From NCBI GenBank assembly GCA_031265585.1, contig JAISCL010000158.1:1-62821 (forward strand): DNA of 62,821 nt, in the 5' to 3' direction. A model generated the notes under the pieces. That model did not search any database, was not told the DNA's origin, and saw only the letters and a list, made by a program, of their open reading frames with translations. Shown here one piece after another: positions 60,103 to 62,821 of the stretch. This DNA comes from Tannerella sp. (GTDB lineage: Bacteria > Bacteroidota > Bacteroidia > Bacteroidales > Tannerellaceae). Both the position numbers and the translations under genes were made by a program. Each line of letters opens with the position of its first letter. Position 1 is the first letter of the stretch.

Positions 60103-60630
60103 ATGAAAGTAGTAAAGTTTTTAATTGCACTTGCTGCCTGCGCGCTGTCTGTGCAGGTAGCCACGGCCCAGTCATCGCCCGCTCCGGCGATTTCCAGCGA
60201 CTGTTCCAATGAAGCCATTGCGGAAATGATTCGGAAACACCGGACGTCCCATTCCCGTGATGTAATGCCGCCGGCGAACCTGGCGACAAAATTCAAAGCT
60301 GATTTTCCCGGGGCCTCCGACGTGGAATGGGAAGTCGCCGACAGTATTTATGAAGTCGAATTTGACGTAAGGTTCAGGGATTGGAAGGCATATTACGACG
60401 TCGAGGGAAATTTGCTGATGACCGTCGAAGAAATTTACCGTTCGGAGTTGCCTGCCGTAGTGAAAAACGCCGCCGAGACAAAGTATCCCAAATATCACTT
60501 TGAGGATATTGACAGAATCCGTCGCGGAACTGAAGTTTTCTATCGAATTGAAATGGAACTTCGTGACACGGAAGTCGAGTTGCTCGTACAGTCGAACGGC
60601 ACGATAACGGAGGAGAAAATAGATTACTAA
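60103..60630 (+). CDS. PepSY-like (BLIP-like) periplasmic protein
   Basis: Signal peptide, FPGASDVEWE...YEVEF, ELPAVV. Confidence 0.8.
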   Translation: MKVVKFLIALAACALSVQVATAQSSPAPAISSDCSNEAIAEMIRKHRTSHSRDVMPPANLATKFKADFPGASDVEWEVADSIYEVEFDVRFRDWKAYYDVEGNLLMTVEEIYRSELPAVVKNAAETKYPKYHFEDIDRIRRGTEVFYRIEMELRDTEVELLVQSNGTITEEKIDY

Positions 60631-60649
60631 CCCTTAAAAAAAAATTGAA

Positions 60650-61096
60650 ATGAAAAAAGCAGTATTTTACGTAACGTTTTTCGCTGTCGCGACCCTGTTT
60701 GTTGCCTGCGAAGAGGAAAGTCTTATTCAAAAAAACGAACTGCCTGCCGTCAGCAGAACGTTCATCGAAACGCACTTCACGGGCGTCGAAATAACCGCGA
60801 TTGTCAGGGAACGGGATGGTACGGACATAGACTACACGGTTTATCTGGCAAACGGTTTCGACATTGATTTCACTAAATCCGGTGACTGGGACGATGTGGA
60901 CGGACATTCCCTACCTGTTCCCGAAAGTATCCTGACCCTGTTGCCGCAATCGCTTTTGCAGCACATGGCGAGCACCTTTCCAAACCTTTCGATAGTAGAA
61001 ATAAACAGAGAACGCTACGGGTATGAAATCGGTCTTTCCAACGACCTGGACTTGAAATTCGATTCAAACGGCAAGTTTACAGGTATCAATGATTGA
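60650..61096 (+). CDS. PepSY-like (BLIP-like) lipoprotein
   Basis: FVAC lipobox, LPAVSRTFIETHF, LSNDLDLKFDSNGKF. Confidence 0.85.
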   Translation: MKKAVFYVTFFAVATLFVACEEESLIQKNELPAVSRTFIETHFTGVEITAIVRERDGTDIDYTVYLANGFDIDFTKSGDWDDVDGHSLPVPESILTLLPQSLLQHMASTFPNLSIVEINRERYGYEIGLSNDLDLKFDSNGKFTGIND

Positions 61097-61403
61097 TAAC
61101 GGAGGAAAAAGTGCAGAAAGCTTCCCTGAAGCTCGCAGGAAGGGAGTCAATAAATGCGCTATTGGACATTTGGGGATTATAATTACACTTCGCACGGCAC
61201 GGTTTTGTGCATTGCCCGCAGAACGGAGTGTAGTCCCAGGCCTGGGATTTCGTGAATGACATGCGATTCATAAAATCCGAGGACTCGGAAGATGTGTACG
61301 GCAGGAATAAAAACGTAGAAACGCAATGCATCGCGTTCCTTTAACCATTTTTCTGTCTTCATCTCACAATTTTAGCCCGCGCGCAGTATTAATCCGAAGA
61401 AAT

Positions 61404-62630
61404 TTCTTGTCGCTGAAATAGTCGTAGCCTTTCATGTCGCCCGCCTGCGACGACAGTTCGTGCGGCGCCGGCGCGAGCGTCAGCGACTGTCCGTCGCGCC
61501 CGGCGAGGTCGATGCCCTGCCCGATGCTGTGGTAGAAGTATTCGTGCTTCACGTCCCGTCCGTCGTTGCGCGCCGAGCAGAAGATGTCGACGACATAGGC
61601 CGACGTTTCGCCCGTGCGGACGATGCCTGTCAGCCGCTCCTGCCGCGTGTCGGTCTTCGGCTCGGTCAGGGAGACGCGGGCGAACGTTACGCGCTCGGAC
61701 GGGCGCAGGTTGCCGCCGTGTGCGGAATAGCAGGAGAGGAGGCGGTAGGAGTAGTCGCTGCGCATCATGCGAGATGCTGTCGACCACGACCGTGTTGTGC
61801 GCCGGGAAACGGGCGTAGTATTCCTGGTTGTCGCGCGTGCCGTACGTCTCGCCGTACGAGCTTTCGGGCGCGAGCATCAGGCCTTTGCCGTACATTTCGA
61901 GCGAAATGCCGTTTGCGTGCGCGTGATTGCCGTAGGAGCCGGTCAGCGTGGCGGGCGGAACGGACGCCGGCTCGTCGACGTAGAAGAAGAGCGAGAACAT
62001 CGACCGCCCCTGTCCCCGGTCGTAAACACCGTCGTGCATCATCCGGCGGAGCACGCGTGCCAGTTCCGTCTCGCGCTCCTTCTCGCCGTATTTGCGGTAG
62101 AGCGCAATGAGCATCTCGAAGGGCTGCGGACGCAGGGTGGCGTAGCGGGCGTCGCTGAACGCCGTGACGCGGCCGTTGGGGAAGAGGTACTGCACCCTTG
62201 CCGACACGGCCTTGCGGATGAAGGGGAAGGTGTCGAGCATGTGGATCTCCCTACCGGAGGCGTTGTCGATGAGCGAGACGATCTCCAGCAGGTCGTTGCA
62301 GACGCTCATCGAGTACGTCGCCGATTCGTGCCACAGGCCGGTCTGCGCGTCGAACGACTCGCCGACCATTTTCTTCAGTGCAAACTGCCGTATCGTGGTG
62401 TGGTTCAGTATTTCGTTCAGGTAATACTGCTGTCCGCGCCCGTCAACGTAATGCCCGTCGTCTTCGAGCGCGAGCGCGATGTAGGCGATGTGGCGCGCCT
62501 GGAAGATGTTCCAGTTGTTGTCCGGCACGCCGTACAGGATTTGCTACTCGGCAAACCGCTTGAGCACGCCGGTAATCATCTCCTCCTCCGCCCGCAGGCG
62601 GTCATGCATGAAATCGTAGCACAGCGGCCG
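61404..62630 (-). pseudogene. GC-rich heparinase II/III-like lyase pseudogene fragment
   Basis: GVPDNNWN, WHESATYS, GNHAHANG...PAHNTVVVD; in-frame TAG at 62544-62546; frameshift near 61770. Confidence 0.8.
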
Positions 62631-62632
62631 GT

Positions 62633-62821
62633 CAATGTCGTCAACTTAAGGGAAAGAAATAAAAAAAGCCATTGGAAATTGCTTCAAAAGTATTATTTTA
62701 GAATTGAAAATAAAAAATGATACGCAATGAACAATCCAATGGCAGATGCAAATGTAGCAATAATAAATGAAATAGAAAGATTTATGGAAACAGCAATTAC
62801 CGACTGTGCGGAGAAAAGCAA
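62633..62821 (+). mobile_element. Left end of a probable IS4-family element (runs off the window)
   Basis: CAATGTCGTCAACTTAAG resembles IS4/IS231-type termini; abrupt GC drop; open frame from 62727, MNNPMADANVAIINEIERFME... Confidence 0.6.

Overview
Bacteroidales-type chromosome segment (TAnnTTTG promoters, SusC/D, T9SS-like tail; probably a gut anaerobe, by inference). Housekeeping blocks include a 2-oxoacid:ferredoxin oxidoreductase operon, dedA, glnS, folB, bactofilin, GH77, class II RNR, crcB, GH92 and a two-component system. Accessory regions: an ECF/FecR-controlled tandem-SusCD polysaccharide utilisation locus downstream of tRNA-Ala, and a region downstream of tRNA-Arg with a TonB receptor/polyferredoxin/Tat-AKR operon, IS stubs and a GC-rich heparinase II/III-like pseudogene. 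The strongest unexplained signal is three related arrays of 21-bp, internally palindromic units (728-895, 32219-32402, 41489-41572). Two of them lie between a predicted promoter and the start codon of two homologous uncharacterised genes (1-623, missing from the ORF track, and a truncated copy at 41623). The truncation point is a tRNA-3'-end/trailer sequence related to the trailers of both tRNAs. All calls come from reading the sequence by eye; no database searches were run.
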